Below are positions 32,944-42,361 of a stretch of 46,252 nucleotides of DNA, piece after piece (the first letter of the stretch is position 1; the number at the start of each line of letters is the position of its first letter). This DNA is from Bacillota bacterium (GTDB lineage Bacteria > Bacillota > Clostridia > Peptostreptococcales > Anaerovoracaceae): assembly GCA_016283945.1 (NCBI GenBank), contig JAEENW010000084.1:1-46252 (forward strand). Direction: 5' to 3'. A program made the translations under genes and the position numbers. A model generated the notes under the pieces. It worked only from the letters and a program-made list of their open reading frames with translations, did not search any database and was not told the origin of the DNA.

Positions 32944-33847
32944 ATCTCCTGATCTCCCCGTATGTATCCTCATCGAATCCGCTGCCGCGCAGCGTGAACC
33001 ATCTCATGCCCTCTATTCGCCTGAGCCAGGTGTACTGCCGCTTGGCGAGGTGCCTGGTGTTGAGCTTGATCTGCTCCGCGGCGTCCGACGCGGGACGCCC
33101 CTCCCTGAGGCAGGCGATGACCTCCTTGTAGCCTATGCCCTTCATGGAGATCTCGTCCCCGCTGAGGCCCATGTCCAGGAGACATCTGACCTCGTCCTCG
33201 AGGCCGGCTTCGAGCATGAGCTCGACCCTGCGGTCGCAGCGGCTGTATAGCTCCTCCCTGTCCCGCGTGAGCCCTATGAGCACCGGCTCATAGGAAGCCG
33301 ACGGCCTGAAGCTCTCGCTGAATGGGCGGAGGCGCCCCTCGCCCTTCTCGAGCCTCTCGACAGCCCTCAGGACGCGCTTGACGTTGTTAGGATGTATCTG
33401 CGCGGCCGCCCCGGGATCTAGCCCGGCGAGCCTCGCATGCAGGGCTTCGGCGCTTCCGCAGCGCTCGAGCAGCTCCCTGCGGTACTCCTCGTCCCCCTCC
33501 GGAGATGAGAAGTCCATGTCGTAGATGACGCTGTTGATGTAGAGCCCCGTGCCGCCGCAGAGTATGGGAAGCCTGCCGCGCGAACTGACCTCGGCTATGC
33601 GCTCCCTCGCCAGCGCGCTGTAATCGGCCGCGCTGAAGCTGCGCCTCGGGTCGATCTCGCCTATGAGGTGATGCCTCACGGCGGCGAGCTCCTCCGCGGA
33701 GGGCTTGGCGCTCCCTATGTCCATGTGCTCGTAGATCTGCATGGAATCGGCGGAGATTATCTCGCCGCCCAGGTCCCGCGCGAGCCTTATGGAGTATTCG
33801 GTCTTCCCGACGGCGGTCGGTCCCGCTATGACTATGAGCCTGATCAT
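32909..33847 (-). CDS. miaA: tRNA dimethylallyltransferase
   Basis: MIRLIVIAGPTAVGKTEYSI (P-loop) then ISADSMQIYEHMDIGSAKP. ATGA overlap with the mutL stop. The longer ORF-track N-terminus is an Arg-rich read-through of mutL. Confidence 0.9.
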   Translation of the reverse strand: MIRLIVIAGPTAVGKTEYSIRLARDLGGEIISADSMQIYEHMDIGSAKPSAEELAAVRHHLIGEIDPRRSFSAADYSALARERIAEVSSRGRLPILCGGTGLYINSVIYDMDFSSPEGDEEYRRELLERCGSAEALHARLAGLDPGAAAQIHPNNVKRVLRAVERLEKGEGRLRPFSESFRPSASYEPVLIGLTRDREELYSRCDRRVELMLEAGLEDEVRCLLDMGLSGDEISMKGIGYKEVIACLREGRPASDAAEQIKLNTRHLAKRQYTWLRRIEGMRWFTLRGSGFDEDTYGEIRRYASAEDPEQDR

Positions 33848-35697
33848 CTTCTCTTGAAGAGCCTTTCGAACTCGTAGCGCGAGAAGCGCAGCATGGTCGG
33901 CCTGCCGTGCGGGCAGGACATCGGGTTCTCGCAGCGGTCGAGGTCCGCGAGCAGAGCCCTGACCTCGCCTTCGCTTATCCTGTCGCCGCCCTTGACGGCG
34001 GCCTTGCAGGAGTTGGATACGATCTCGTCCCTCTTGAGCTCGAAGTTCCTGAGCTCTGAGACGTCGCTGTCGAAGAGCTCCGCGAGGAAGCTCTCGGCCT
34101 CGGAGAGATCCATGCACGAGGGAACGGCCCTGAGCAGCAGCTCGCCGGGCCCGAAATCCTCCAGCTCGAAGCCCATCTCCGAGAGCTGAGGCATGGCAGC
34201 CTCGAGAGCCTGCTTGACGGCCGCTCCGGGGCTCAGAAGCTCGGGAGCGAGCAGGATCTGCGACCCGCTCTCGGCGCCGGAAAAGCGCCTGGTGAGCTTC
34301 TCGTAGAGCACTCTCTCGTGCGCCGCGTGCTGGTCTATGAAGTACAGGAAGGAGTCGTCCTTCGCTATGATGTAGGTGCTGAATACTATGTCCACGGTCT
34401 CGAGGGACGAGAAGCTGAAGCGCTCTTCGCCGTCCGCGCCGTATGCCCCTATCTCCTCCTGGATCTCGACCACGTGGGCCTCGCTTCCGGAGGATCTGCT
34501 GCTCTCGCGCAGCCGGGCGAGCTCGCCGAGCGCGTCCGCGCGCGAGGGAAGGCTCACAGCGGGGATATAGGTAGCGGCGCCCGTCCCTGCGGAAGAGGCT
34601 GGTGCTGAAGCACCGGCAGCGTCCAGGACGGAGCCGGCTTCCGCGCCGGATACCGCGGGATCCGCCCCGCTTCCGAGCTCCTCATCCCTGACCGCGAGCG
34701 CGGCGGGATCCATCAGAGCCGACCTCACCGCGAGTATGACGGCGTCCCTTAAGGGCTGCTCGTCGAAGAAGCGTATCTCAGTCTTGCTGGGGTGTATGTT
34801 CACGTCGACGCTCTCAGGCGGGACGCTTATGAACAGGAAGGCCGCGGGGTATCTCCCCTCGAACATCTTGTCCCTGTAGGCGTAGTCTAGAGCGCCTTCT
34901 ATGAGCCTGCTCCTGATGAGCCTGCCGTTGACGAAGAAGATCTGGTAGCGGCGGCTCGTGCGCCCGCTCAGGGGGTCGCTGACGAAGCCGCTCACGCGGA
35001 TCCCGCCCTCGCTCCTGTCCACGGGGAGCAGGCTGTCGGAGACCGCCCTGCTGTAGACCGTGAGTATGGCCTGGCGCAGGTCGCCCTTACCGGTGGTGGA
35101 GAAGAGTATGGTGCCGTTGGAGATGAGCCTCACCCTTATCGAGGGATAGGCTATCGCGAGCTTGGAGACGAAGTCGGTGATGAGCGAGGTCTCCGCGTTG
35201 TCCGCCCTGAGGAACTTGCGCCTCGCGGGCAGGTTGTAGAAGAGGTCGCGTACTATGACGGTGGTGCCGTTCTCGCAGGCGGCGTCGTAGGGCTCGCTCT
35301 CGGCGCCTCCCTCGACCCTGATCCCCGCGCCGCGGCTCTGGGCAGTCGGCTTGGAGACTATCTCGAGAGCCGATACCGCGCCTATGCTGGCGAGCGCCTC
35401 GCCCCTGAAGCCGAGGGTCTCTATGCTCGAGAGGTCCTCCTCGGTGTAGATCTTTGAGCTGGCGTAGCGCCTGACAGCCAGGGCGAGCTGGTCCTTGGGT
35501 ATTCCCTTTCCGTTGTCGGATACCCTGATGTACTCCTTGCCGCCCCTGGATATCTCGACCGTTATGAAGCTCGCTCCCGCGTCGACCGCGTTCTCCGCGA
35601 GCTCCTTGACTATCGAAAGAGGCCTCTCGACGACCTCTCCGGCGGCTATCTTATCGGCTATATCCTTCGGAAGCTGCCTTATCTTCTCGTAGGTCAT
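33844..35697 (-). CDS. mutL: DNA mismatch repair protein MutL
   Basis: N-terminal GHKL ATPase motifs IAAGEVVERPLSIVKELAENAVDAGAS and DNGKGI. C-terminal dimerisation/endonuclease region with FIDQHAAHERVLYE and CPHGRP. Confidence 0.95.
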   Translation of the reverse strand: MTYEKIRQLPKDIADKIAAGEVVERPLSIVKELAENAVDAGASFITVEISRGGKEYIRVSDNGKGIPKDQLALAVRRYASSKIYTEEDLSSIETLGFRGEALASIGAVSALEIVSKPTAQSRGAGIRVEGGAESEPYDAACENGTTVIVRDLFYNLPARRKFLRADNAETSLITDFVSKLAIAYPSIRVRLISNGTILFSTTGKGDLRQAILTVYSRAVSDSLLPVDRSEGGIRVSGFVSDPLSGRTSRRYQIFFVNGRLIRSRLIEGALDYAYRDKMFEGRYPAAFLFISVPPESVDVNIHPSKTEIRFFDEQPLRDAVILAVRSALMDPAALAVRDEELGSGADPAVSGAEAGSVLDAAGASAPASSAGTGAATYIPAVSLPSRADALGELARLRESSRSSGSEAHVVEIQEEIGAYGADGEERFSFSSLETVDIVFSTYIIAKDDSFLYFIDQHAAHERVLYEKLTRRFSGAESGSQILLAPELLSPGAAVKQALEAAMPQLSEMGFELEDFGPGELLLRAVPSCMDLSEAESFLAELFDSDVSELRNFELKRDEIVSNSCKAAVKGGDRISEGEVRALLADLDRCENPMSCPHGRPTMLRFSRYEFERLFKRR

Positions 35698-38384
35698 CTG
35701 TCGGCCTCCTCCTTGAGCTCCTCGATCAGCCTTATGGCCATCGACGGCGTGATCTCCATGAGGTCTATTGAGCGTATCTTCTCAATGAGCGCGCTGCCCC
35801 GGTCGGTTATGAAGCTGAGCTGCACGCCGTCCGCGGGCTCCGCTTCTGGAGACTCACCGGGCGACGTCCGGCCCTTCGCGGGCGAAAGCGCGGTCTCCCG
35901 GACGGACGCGTATCCTCCGTCCAGGCTCTCCTCGACGGCCGCGGCGGCTCCGGCGCCGTCCTCCAGCGCGGCGAGCTTCTCCTCGGCGTCCTCGAGCAGC
36001 TTCCTGGGCACTCCGGCGAGCCTGGCGACGTGTATGCCGTAGCTGCGGCTCGCGCTGCCCTCGACTATCTTGTGCAGGAACAGTATGTTGCCGTTCTCCT
36101 CCGAGACCTCTACGTTGAGGTTCCTCACGCCGGGGACCCTTCCCGCCAGCGCGGTGAGCTCGTGGTAGTGGGTCGCGAAGAGCGTCCTGGCCATGAGCGC
36201 GGGATCCGTGAGGAAGTCGACCGCGGCCCAGGCTATGGAGAGACCGTCGTAGGTGCTCGTTCCCCTTCCTATCTCGTCGAGTATGACGAGGCTCCTCGGG
36301 GAGGCGGTGTTCAGTATGTAGGCGAGCTCGGACATCTCGACGAAGAAGGTCGACTGGCCCATTGCCAGGTTGTCCGAGGCTCCTATCCTCGTGTATATGC
36401 GGTCGCAGACGCCTATGACGGCACTGTCGGCGGGCACGAAGCTCCCTGCCTGGGCCATCAGCACGGTCAGCGCGACCTGGCGCATGTAGGTGGATTTGCC
36501 CGACATGTTAGGGCCGGTGATCAGCAGCATCGAGGCGTCCTTCCTGTTGAGGTAGACGTCGTTCGAGACGTAGATCCCGTCCCTTATGGTGTTCTCTATG
36601 ACCGGATGGCGGCCCCTGATGATGACTATCTCGTCCCCGTCCGTCATCTCGGGCCTGACGTAGCCGTACCTCACGGCGCACTCCGCGAAGCTCACGAGCA
36701 CGTCGCAGGAGGCGACGGCGGCTGAGCTCCTCTTGATGGAGCTGATGTGGTCGACCGCCCTGAGCCTGAGCTCGCTGAAGATCCTGTACTCGAGGTCGTT
36801 GATCTTCAGCCTCGCGTTCATCACGAGGTCCTCCTTCTCCTTGAGCTCGGAGGTGATGAAGCGCTCGGCGTTCACGAGGGTCTGCTTGCGTATGTAATCC
36901 TCAGGGACCTGGTCCCTGGAGGAATTGGGCACCTCGATCGAGTAGCCGAAGACCTTGTTGTAGCGGACCTTGAGGCCCTTGATCCCGGTCCTGGCGCGCT
37001 CCGAGGCCTCGAGGCCGGATATCCACTCCCTCGCCTCGCGGCTGCCCTCGGTGAGGGCGTCGAGCTCTTCGCTGTAGCCGGGCATGATCATGCCGCCCTC
37101 CCTCACGGAGAAGGGGGCGTCCTCGCTCACCGCGGCGGATATCTCCCCGTAGAGCTCCGTCAGCGGATCGATCTCGGCGCTCAGGGAGCTGAGCAGCGGG
37201 TCGTCCGCGTCGAGCAGCCTGGACTTGATGTCGGGCAGGCAGGCGAGGCTCTGCTTAAGCGCCAGCAGGTCGCGGGCGTTGGCCGTTCCGAGGGAGATCC
37301 TCCCGCACAGCCTCTCGAGGTCGTAAACGGCCTTCAGAGAGCTTTTCAGGTCGTTTCTGAGAAGTATATCGTCCGCGAGCTTTTCGACGCTCATATGGCG
37401 TTTTTTGATCTCGGAGAGCTCCGTGAGCGGAGCGGTGAGCCACTGCTTGAGCCTGCGGCTCCCCATGGCGGTCCCGCAGAGGTCGAGGAGCCCGAAGAGC
37501 GAGCCCTGGGTCCTCCTCTCGAAGAGGGTCTCGGTTATCTCGAGGTTCCTTATGGTCGAGCGGTCGAGGCTCATGGCGGAGCCCGTCTCGCGTATGTCGA
37601 GCTTCTCCAGATGGAGCACGTCCTGCTTCTGGGTCTCCTTCAGATAGCCGAGGAGAGCGCCGACACTGTGGAAGAGCTCCGGCCTGTCGAGCCTCGAGAG
37701 CCCCACGGAAGCGGGCTCAGAGGTCGAGAAGTGCTCCTCTATCCTGTCGGCGCAGGCCTCGTCGGAGAATATCCTCCCCGCGGGGTCGGAGATGTAGAGG
37801 TCGCCGCCCTGATCCGCGAGCTCCCAGATATAGGGAGCCTCCTCGGGGCCGCGGTTTATTATCAGCTCGCGCGGGTCTATCGCGGCGAGCTGTCCGAGCA
37901 GCTTTCCCTGAAGCGAGCTTCCGGAGAGGCTCACGGCGGCGAATTCACCTGTGGATATGTCCGCCCAGGCGAGGCCGGCCCTGTCCTCGTCCAGCCACAC
38001 GGAGGCGAGGAAGTTGTTCTTCTTCTCGTCGAGCATGTTCTGGCTGATGACGGTGCCCGGGGTGATGATCCTTATGACCTCGCGGGCGACTATGCCCTTG
38101 GCGGTCGCCGGATCCTCCATCTGCTCGGCGACCGCGACCTTGTGGCCGTGCGCGAGCAGCCTCGCGATATAGACCTCGACGGAGTGGTACGGGACCCCGC
38201 ACATCGGGGACTTCTCGTTGTCGCCGCAGCCCTTGGAGGTCAGGACCACGTCCATGTCCCTGGCCGCGACGACCGCGTCGTCGAAGTACATCTCGTAAAA
38301 ATCGCCCACCCTAAAGAAAAGAAGGCAGTCCTGATACTGCTTCTTCATCTCCAAGTATTGAACGATCATCGGTGTGTAAGCCAT
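35694..38384 (-). CDS. mutS: DNA mismatch repair protein MutS
   Basis: MAYTPMIVQYLEMKKQYQDCLLFFRVGDFYEMYFDDA (mismatch-binding domain), Walker A GPNMSGKST, and DEIGRGTSTYDG. Start set at ATG 38384, 1 nt after the tlyA stop. Confidence 0.95.
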   Translation of the reverse strand: MAYTPMIVQYLEMKKQYQDCLLFFRVGDFYEMYFDDAVVAARDMDVVLTSKGCGDNEKSPMCGVPYHSVEVYIARLLAHGHKVAVAEQMEDPATAKGIVAREVIRIITPGTVISQNMLDEKKNNFLASVWLDEDRAGLAWADISTGEFAAVSLSGSSLQGKLLGQLAAIDPRELIINRGPEEAPYIWELADQGGDLYISDPAGRIFSDEACADRIEEHFSTSEPASVGLSRLDRPELFHSVGALLGYLKETQKQDVLHLEKLDIRETGSAMSLDRSTIRNLEITETLFERRTQGSLFGLLDLCGTAMGSRRLKQWLTAPLTELSEIKKRHMSVEKLADDILLRNDLKSSLKAVYDLERLCGRISLGTANARDLLALKQSLACLPDIKSRLLDADDPLLSSLSAEIDPLTELYGEISAAVSEDAPFSVREGGMIMPGYSEELDALTEGSREAREWISGLEASERARTGIKGLKVRYNKVFGYSIEVPNSSRDQVPEDYIRKQTLVNAERFITSELKEKEDLVMNARLKINDLEYRIFSELRLRAVDHISSIKRSSAAVASCDVLVSFAECAVRYGYVRPEMTDGDEIVIIRGRHPVIENTIRDGIYVSNDVYLNRKDASMLLITGPNMSGKSTYMRQVALTVLMAQAGSFVPADSAVIGVCDRIYTRIGASDNLAMGQSTFFVEMSELAYILNTASPRSLVILDEIGRGTSTYDGLSIAWAAVDFLTDPALMARTLFATHYHELTALAGRVPGVRNLNVEVSEENGNILFLHKIVEGSASRSYGIHVARLAGVPRKLLEDAEEKLAALEDGAGAAAAVEESLDGGYASVRETALSPAKGRTSPGESPEAEPADGVQLSFITDRGSALIEKIRSIDLMEITPSMAIRLIEELKEEADR

Positions 38385-38385
38385 C

Positions 38386-39288
38386 TTAAGCTTGCCTTTC
38401 GTCAAGAGCCGCGTGGGCCTCGCTGACTGCCTTACGGGCCATATCTTCGAGGCTGAGATTCGAGGCGTCCGCGCACCCGCGAGCACCCGCGGCTTCGTCA
38501 GCGCCCGAGCGCGGGCTCCCGCCCTCGGGCGCTTCCTCGAGGGAGCCCGCCTCCCCAGGCTCCTTCTCCAGGAACGCGAGGAACTCTATATTGCCCTTCC
38601 CTCCCTTTACAGGAGAGTAACTTAAATCTTTTACTGTAAATCCGTTCTCCGCGGCGTATCCGAAGACCCTGAGTATGACCTCGAGGTGAACGGCCGGATC
38701 TCTGACGATGCCGTTCTTCCCGACCTGCTCCCTGCCCGCCTCGAACTGCGGCTTGATGAGGCAGACCATGCCGCCTCCGTCCCTCAGCAGCAGCCACGCC
38801 GGCGGGAGTATGTGCTTCAGGGAGATGAAGGATACGTCCGTGCACGCGAAATACACGCGCTCAGGAATCAGGCTCCCGTCCGCGTAGCGGAAGTTGGTCT
38901 TCTCCATGCAGACGACCCTGGGGTCGCTGCGGAGCTTCCAGTCGAGCTGGTTCGTGCCTACGTCCACGGCGTAGACCCTCGCAGCCCCTCTCTGCAGCAT
39001 GCAGTCCGTGAAGCCGCCGGTGGAGGCGCCTATGTCGAGGCAGCTCATGCCGCTCACGTCTATGCCGAAGACATCCAGAGCCTTCTCCAGCTTGAAGCCG
39101 CCCCTGCTTACGTAGGGACAGTCGCTGCCGCGGACCTCGATCTCCTCGTCTCCGGTGACCTGCGTCCCGGCCTTGTCGGCGATCTGCCCGTCCATATACA
39201 CGAGGCCTGCCATTATGGCCGCCTGAGCCTTTTGCCTCGAGGGGAAATCGCCCCTCTCGGTGAGAAAAACGTCGAGTCTGATCTTCAA
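38386..39288 (-). CDS. tlyA: TlyA-family rRNA 2'-O-methyltransferase with an acidic C-terminal extension
   Basis: S4 domain (RLDVFLTERGDFPSRQKAQAAIMAGLVYMDG), FtsJ-like SAM motif (LDIGASTGGFTDC). TTG start with GGAG 4 nt upstream. About 60 extra Glu/Ala/Gly-rich residues at the C-terminus. Confidence 0.85.
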   Translation of the reverse strand: MKIRLDVFLTERGDFPSRQKAQAAIMAGLVYMDGQIADKAGTQVTGDEEIEVRGSDCPYVSRGGFKLEKALDVFGIDVSGMSCLDIGASTGGFTDCMLQRGAARVYAVDVGTNQLDWKLRSDPRVVCMEKTNFRYADGSLIPERVYFACTDVSFISLKHILPPAWLLLRDGGGMVCLIKPQFEAGREQVGKNGIVRDPAVHLEVILRVFGYAAENGFTVKDLSYSPVKGGKGNIEFLAFLEKEPGEAGSLEEAPEGGSPRSGADEAAGARGCADASNLSLEDMARKAVSEAHAALDERQA

Positions 39289-39316
39289 TGCGCTCCGCGG
39301 AGGGAGCTCCTTCCCT

Positions 39317-39355
39317 CCGATATATTCCTAAAATATCATATTTTCGGTATTCTTA
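39317..39355 (+). repeat. AT-rich motif, copy B (partner of 26334-26373)
   Basis: CCGATATATTCCTAAAATATCATATTTTCGGTATTCTTA lies in the dxs-tlyA intergenic spacer. It contains the imperfect palindrome CCTAAAATAT-C-ATATTTTCGG. Confidence 0.8.
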
Positions 39356-39395
39356 AAAGGGCTTTTCACGCGGCAACGGAGCCGGACGGGACCGC

Positions 39396-41210
39396 TCAGC
39401 GCCCCGCGAAGCTCCTTATCTTCTCGGCTATCGACTCCGGATCCATGCCGTAGATGCGCCTCAGCTCCTCAGGGCTCCCGTGCTCTATGAAGCGGTCGGG
39501 CCAGGCCAGGCCGAGCACCCTCTCCGGTCCGTAGAACGAGGCTATCCTCATGCCTATGCCGCCCTCGCAGCTCCCGTCCTCGAGCACGGCGCAGCGGCCG
39601 TATCTGCCCATCAGCGAGTCCAGACGCTCCCTGTCCAGGGGCTTGAGCCTCGTGAGCTTCCTCGCGTCGCAGGGAAGCCCGCTCTCCGAGAGCAGCCTCG
39701 CCGCCTCGTTCGCCGTCTTCAGCGACGCCCCGTCGCAGAGCAGCAGGAAGGCGTCCTCAGAGCCGCTCGAATACTCCTCGAGCTCGTCCTCGGCCTTTCC
39801 CCTCGGATAGCGCAGCGCGCAGGGGCTGCCGAGCGACAGCGCCTCGTGCAGCAGCTCCTTCAGGTCCTTCGCGTCAGCCGGCGAATACAGCGTCATGTTG
39901 GGCATGGAACTCAGGTAAGCTATGTCGAATACGCCCTGATGGGTCTCGCCGTCCCTGCCGGTGACTCCGGCGCGGTCGACGCCGAAGACCACGGGAAGGT
40001 CCATGAGGCAGACCTCGGTGATGACCTGATCGTAGGCTCTCTGCAGGAAGGTCGAGTATATCGCAGCTACGGGCTTCATGCCGTTGAGCGCGAGCCCAGC
40101 GGAGAAGCTCACCGCGTGCTGCTCGGCTATACCCGCGTCGAAGACCCTCTCCGGGAGCTCCGACTTCATGATGCAGAGCCCCGTGCCCTCCGCCATCGCG
40201 GCGTGCACGGCGACTATCCTCTCATCCGCCCTCGCCTCCTCGAGCAGGGCCTGCCCGAAGCGGTCGGACCAGCTCCTCGGATCCCTGACCGAGTCGGGGC
40301 TCGCGGCGGCCACGTCGAAGGAGCTCACCCCATGGAACTTCTCGGGATTGCGTTCGGCGGGCTCGAAGCCCCTGCCCTTCTTCGTGACCACGTGGATCAG
40401 GACCGGGCGGTCCATCTCCCTGGCGCTCTCGAAGAAGCGGCACATGGTCGATATGTCGTGCCCGTCTATGGGGCCGTAGTACTTGAGCCCGAGCTCCTCG
40501 AAGAGCTGCTCGGGGATGAACAGTGCCTTGATCCTGTCCCTGAAGCGGCTGAGGAAGCTCCTCAGCCCGGGATGCGGGTCTGCCGCTCCCTTGATCCCCT
40601 TCTTGAAGCGCTGATAGGAGCGCGACATCCTGAGGCGCTGCAGGTAGACCGACATGCCTCCGACGTTGCGCCCTATGGACATGGTGTTGTCGTTGAGGAC
40701 GACTATGAGCGGGGTCCTGGAGGAGCCCGCGCTGTTGAGAGCCTCGAAGGCTACGCCGCCGGTCATGGCTCCGTCGCCTATGACGGCTATGCAGCTGTAG
40801 TCCTCTCCCTTCAGGTCCCTCGCCGTGGCGTAGCCGAGCGCAGCTGAGACCGAGGTCCCGCTGTGGCCGCTGTCGTACATGTCGTGCTCCGACTCCGCCC
40901 TCTTCGGGAAGCCGCTGAGGCCTCCGTGCTGCCTGAGCGTGTCCATGGCGTCCCACCTTCCGGTGAGCATCTTGTGGACGTAGCTCTGGTGGCCGACGTC
41001 CCAGACTATCTTGTCCTTAGGGGTGTCAAAGACCCTGTGCAGCGCGACGGTGAGCTCCACGACGCCGAGATTCGACGCGAGGTGCCCTCCGTTGGCGGAG
41101 ACCGTCTCGATGAGCCTCTTCCTTATATCCCCGCAGAGCTCCGTGAGCTCGGCGGGACTCATGTCCTTGAGCCTGTCCTTTATCATGGCAGGCGGGTTTT
41201 CGTGATCCAT
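39396..41210 (-). CDS. dxs: 1-deoxy-D-xylulose-5-phosphate synthase
   Basis: GGHLASNLGVVELTVALHRVFDTPKDKIVWDVGHQSYVHKMLTGR and the ThDP motif GDGAMTGGVAFEALN. Length 604 aa. Confidence 0.95.
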   Translation of the reverse strand: MDHENPPAMIKDRLKDMSPAELTELCGDIRKRLIETVSANGGHLASNLGVVELTVALHRVFDTPKDKIVWDVGHQSYVHKMLTGRWDAMDTLRQHGGLSGFPKRAESEHDMYDSGHSGTSVSAALGYATARDLKGEDYSCIAVIGDGAMTGGVAFEALNSAGSSRTPLIVVLNDNTMSIGRNVGGMSVYLQRLRMSRSYQRFKKGIKGAADPHPGLRSFLSRFRDRIKALFIPEQLFEELGLKYYGPIDGHDISTMCRFFESAREMDRPVLIHVVTKKGRGFEPAERNPEKFHGVSSFDVAAASPDSVRDPRSWSDRFGQALLEEARADERIVAVHAAMAEGTGLCIMKSELPERVFDAGIAEQHAVSFSAGLALNGMKPVAAIYSTFLQRAYDQVITEVCLMDLPVVFGVDRAGVTGRDGETHQGVFDIAYLSSMPNMTLYSPADAKDLKELLHEALSLGSPCALRYPRGKAEDELEEYSSGSEDAFLLLCDGASLKTANEAARLLSESGLPCDARKLTRLKPLDRERLDSLMGRYGRCAVLEDGSCEGGIGMRIASFYGPERVLGLAWPDRFIEHGSPEELRRIYGMDPESIAEKIRSFAGR

Positions 41211-41241
41211 AGTATTGCCTTTGAGCCGGGCGGGCGCTTTT

Positions 41242-42144
41242 CTAGGCTATCTGGGATTCCAGATAGTCCAGCACGAAGTTGAATACCTCAGCCTCGTCGT
41301 AGTACTTCTCCATGGCTCCCCTGGCCTTCGCGAGCAGCTCCCTGGCCCTCTCCTTGGACCTTTCGATGCCGTAGATCGAGATGTAGGTGTTCTTGCCCAT
41401 CTCGGCGTCCTGGCCGGTGCTCTTTCCCATCTCCTTCACGTCCCCGATGACGTCGAGTATGTCGTCGACGACCTGGAAGGCGAGCCCGAGGTTGTTTCCG
41501 TAGACCCTGAGGTCCTCCATCATGGCGCTGTCCGCGCCGCCGAGATAGCCTCCCGCTAGCACGCAGGCGGTAATGAAGGCCGCTGTCTTGTTGTCGTGTA
41601 TGAAGTCGAGCATCTCGGCCGAGCACTCCTTGTTCTCAGACTCGAGGTCGGCGACCTGCCCCGCGATCATGCCGCGGACTCCGGTCCCCTTGGTCAGGGC
41701 GTAGGCAGCCCTCACCCTCCTGTTAAGGGCGTCGGGATCGTCGAGGAACATGAGCATGTTCTTGAACATGACCTCGTAGGCAGCGGAGAGCAGCCCGTCG
41801 CCGGCGAGCACAGCTATGCCCTCGCCGTAGACCTTGTGGTTGGTAGGGACGCCGCGCCTGAGATCGTCGTCGTCCATGGCCGGAAGGTCGTCGTGTATGA
41901 GGGAATAGGTCTGTATGTACTCCGCCGCGCAGGCGAAGGCGAGAGCCTGCGACGCGTCCCCGTGGCAGAGCTCCACTGCAGCCAGTATGAGCGCCGGCCT
42001 GATCCTCTTGCCGCCAGCGGTGAGGCTGTATTTCATGGACTCGTAGAGGGTCTTGCTCTTGGGGTCTATGTTTGGAATGAAGTCGAGTATGTGCTCGTCA
42101 ACGAGCTTCCTGAGCCTGTTGAATTCAGGATCGCTAAGCTTCAT
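41242..42144 (-). CDS. ispA: polyprenyl (farnesyl/geranyl) diphosphate synthase
   Basis: First DDxxD motif (LIHDDLPAMDDDDLRRG) and second (FQVVDDILD). Conserved xseB-ispA-dxs order. Confidence 0.9.
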   Translation of the reverse strand: MKLSDPEFNRLRKLVDEHILDFIPNIDPKSKTLYESMKYSLTAGGKRIRPALILAAVELCHGDASQALAFACAAEYIQTYSLIHDDLPAMDDDDLRRGVPTNHKVYGEGIAVLAGDGLLSAAYEVMFKNMLMFLDDPDALNRRVRAAYALTKGTGVRGMIAGQVADLESENKECSAEMLDFIHDNKTAAFITACVLAGGYLGGADSAMMEDLRVYGNNLGLAFQVVDDILDVIGDVKEMGKSTGQDAEMGKNTYISIYGIERSKERARELLAKARGAMEKYYDEAEVFNFVLDYLESQIA

Positions 42145-42361
42145 CGAACTCCTCCGTTTCTCCCGTCCCGGGCCTGTACAACTCTATCTTCTGCCTTGCC
42201 TCGGCGAGGAAGCCGGCGCAGATATCGTGATACCTGACGCATTCCTCGTATAGCTTGAGGCTCTCCTCCAGCGGGAGCTCCCCGGATCTGAGCCTCGCGC
42301 TCTTCTCCTCGAGCCTCGCGAGGGCCTCCTCAAAGCTGAGCTTTTCAACACTCATCGTCAT
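42134..42361 (-). CDS. xseB: exodeoxyribonuclease VII small subunit
   Basis: 75-aa product with LSFEEALARLEEKSARLRSGELPLEESLKLYEE. Overlaps xseA and ispA. Confidence 0.9.
   Translation of the reverse strand: MTMSVEKLSFEEALARLEEKSARLRSGELPLEESLKLYEECVRYHDICAGFLAEARQKIELYRPGTGETEEFDEA

Noticed and set aside
31804-32973. Prophage or integrative element anchored by the tyrosine recombinase
   Set aside because: There are no phage, conjugation or cargo genes, no adjacent tRNA, and no visible att-like direct repeats. The flanking genes are core (miaA, MATE, ynbB-like) with the same composition.
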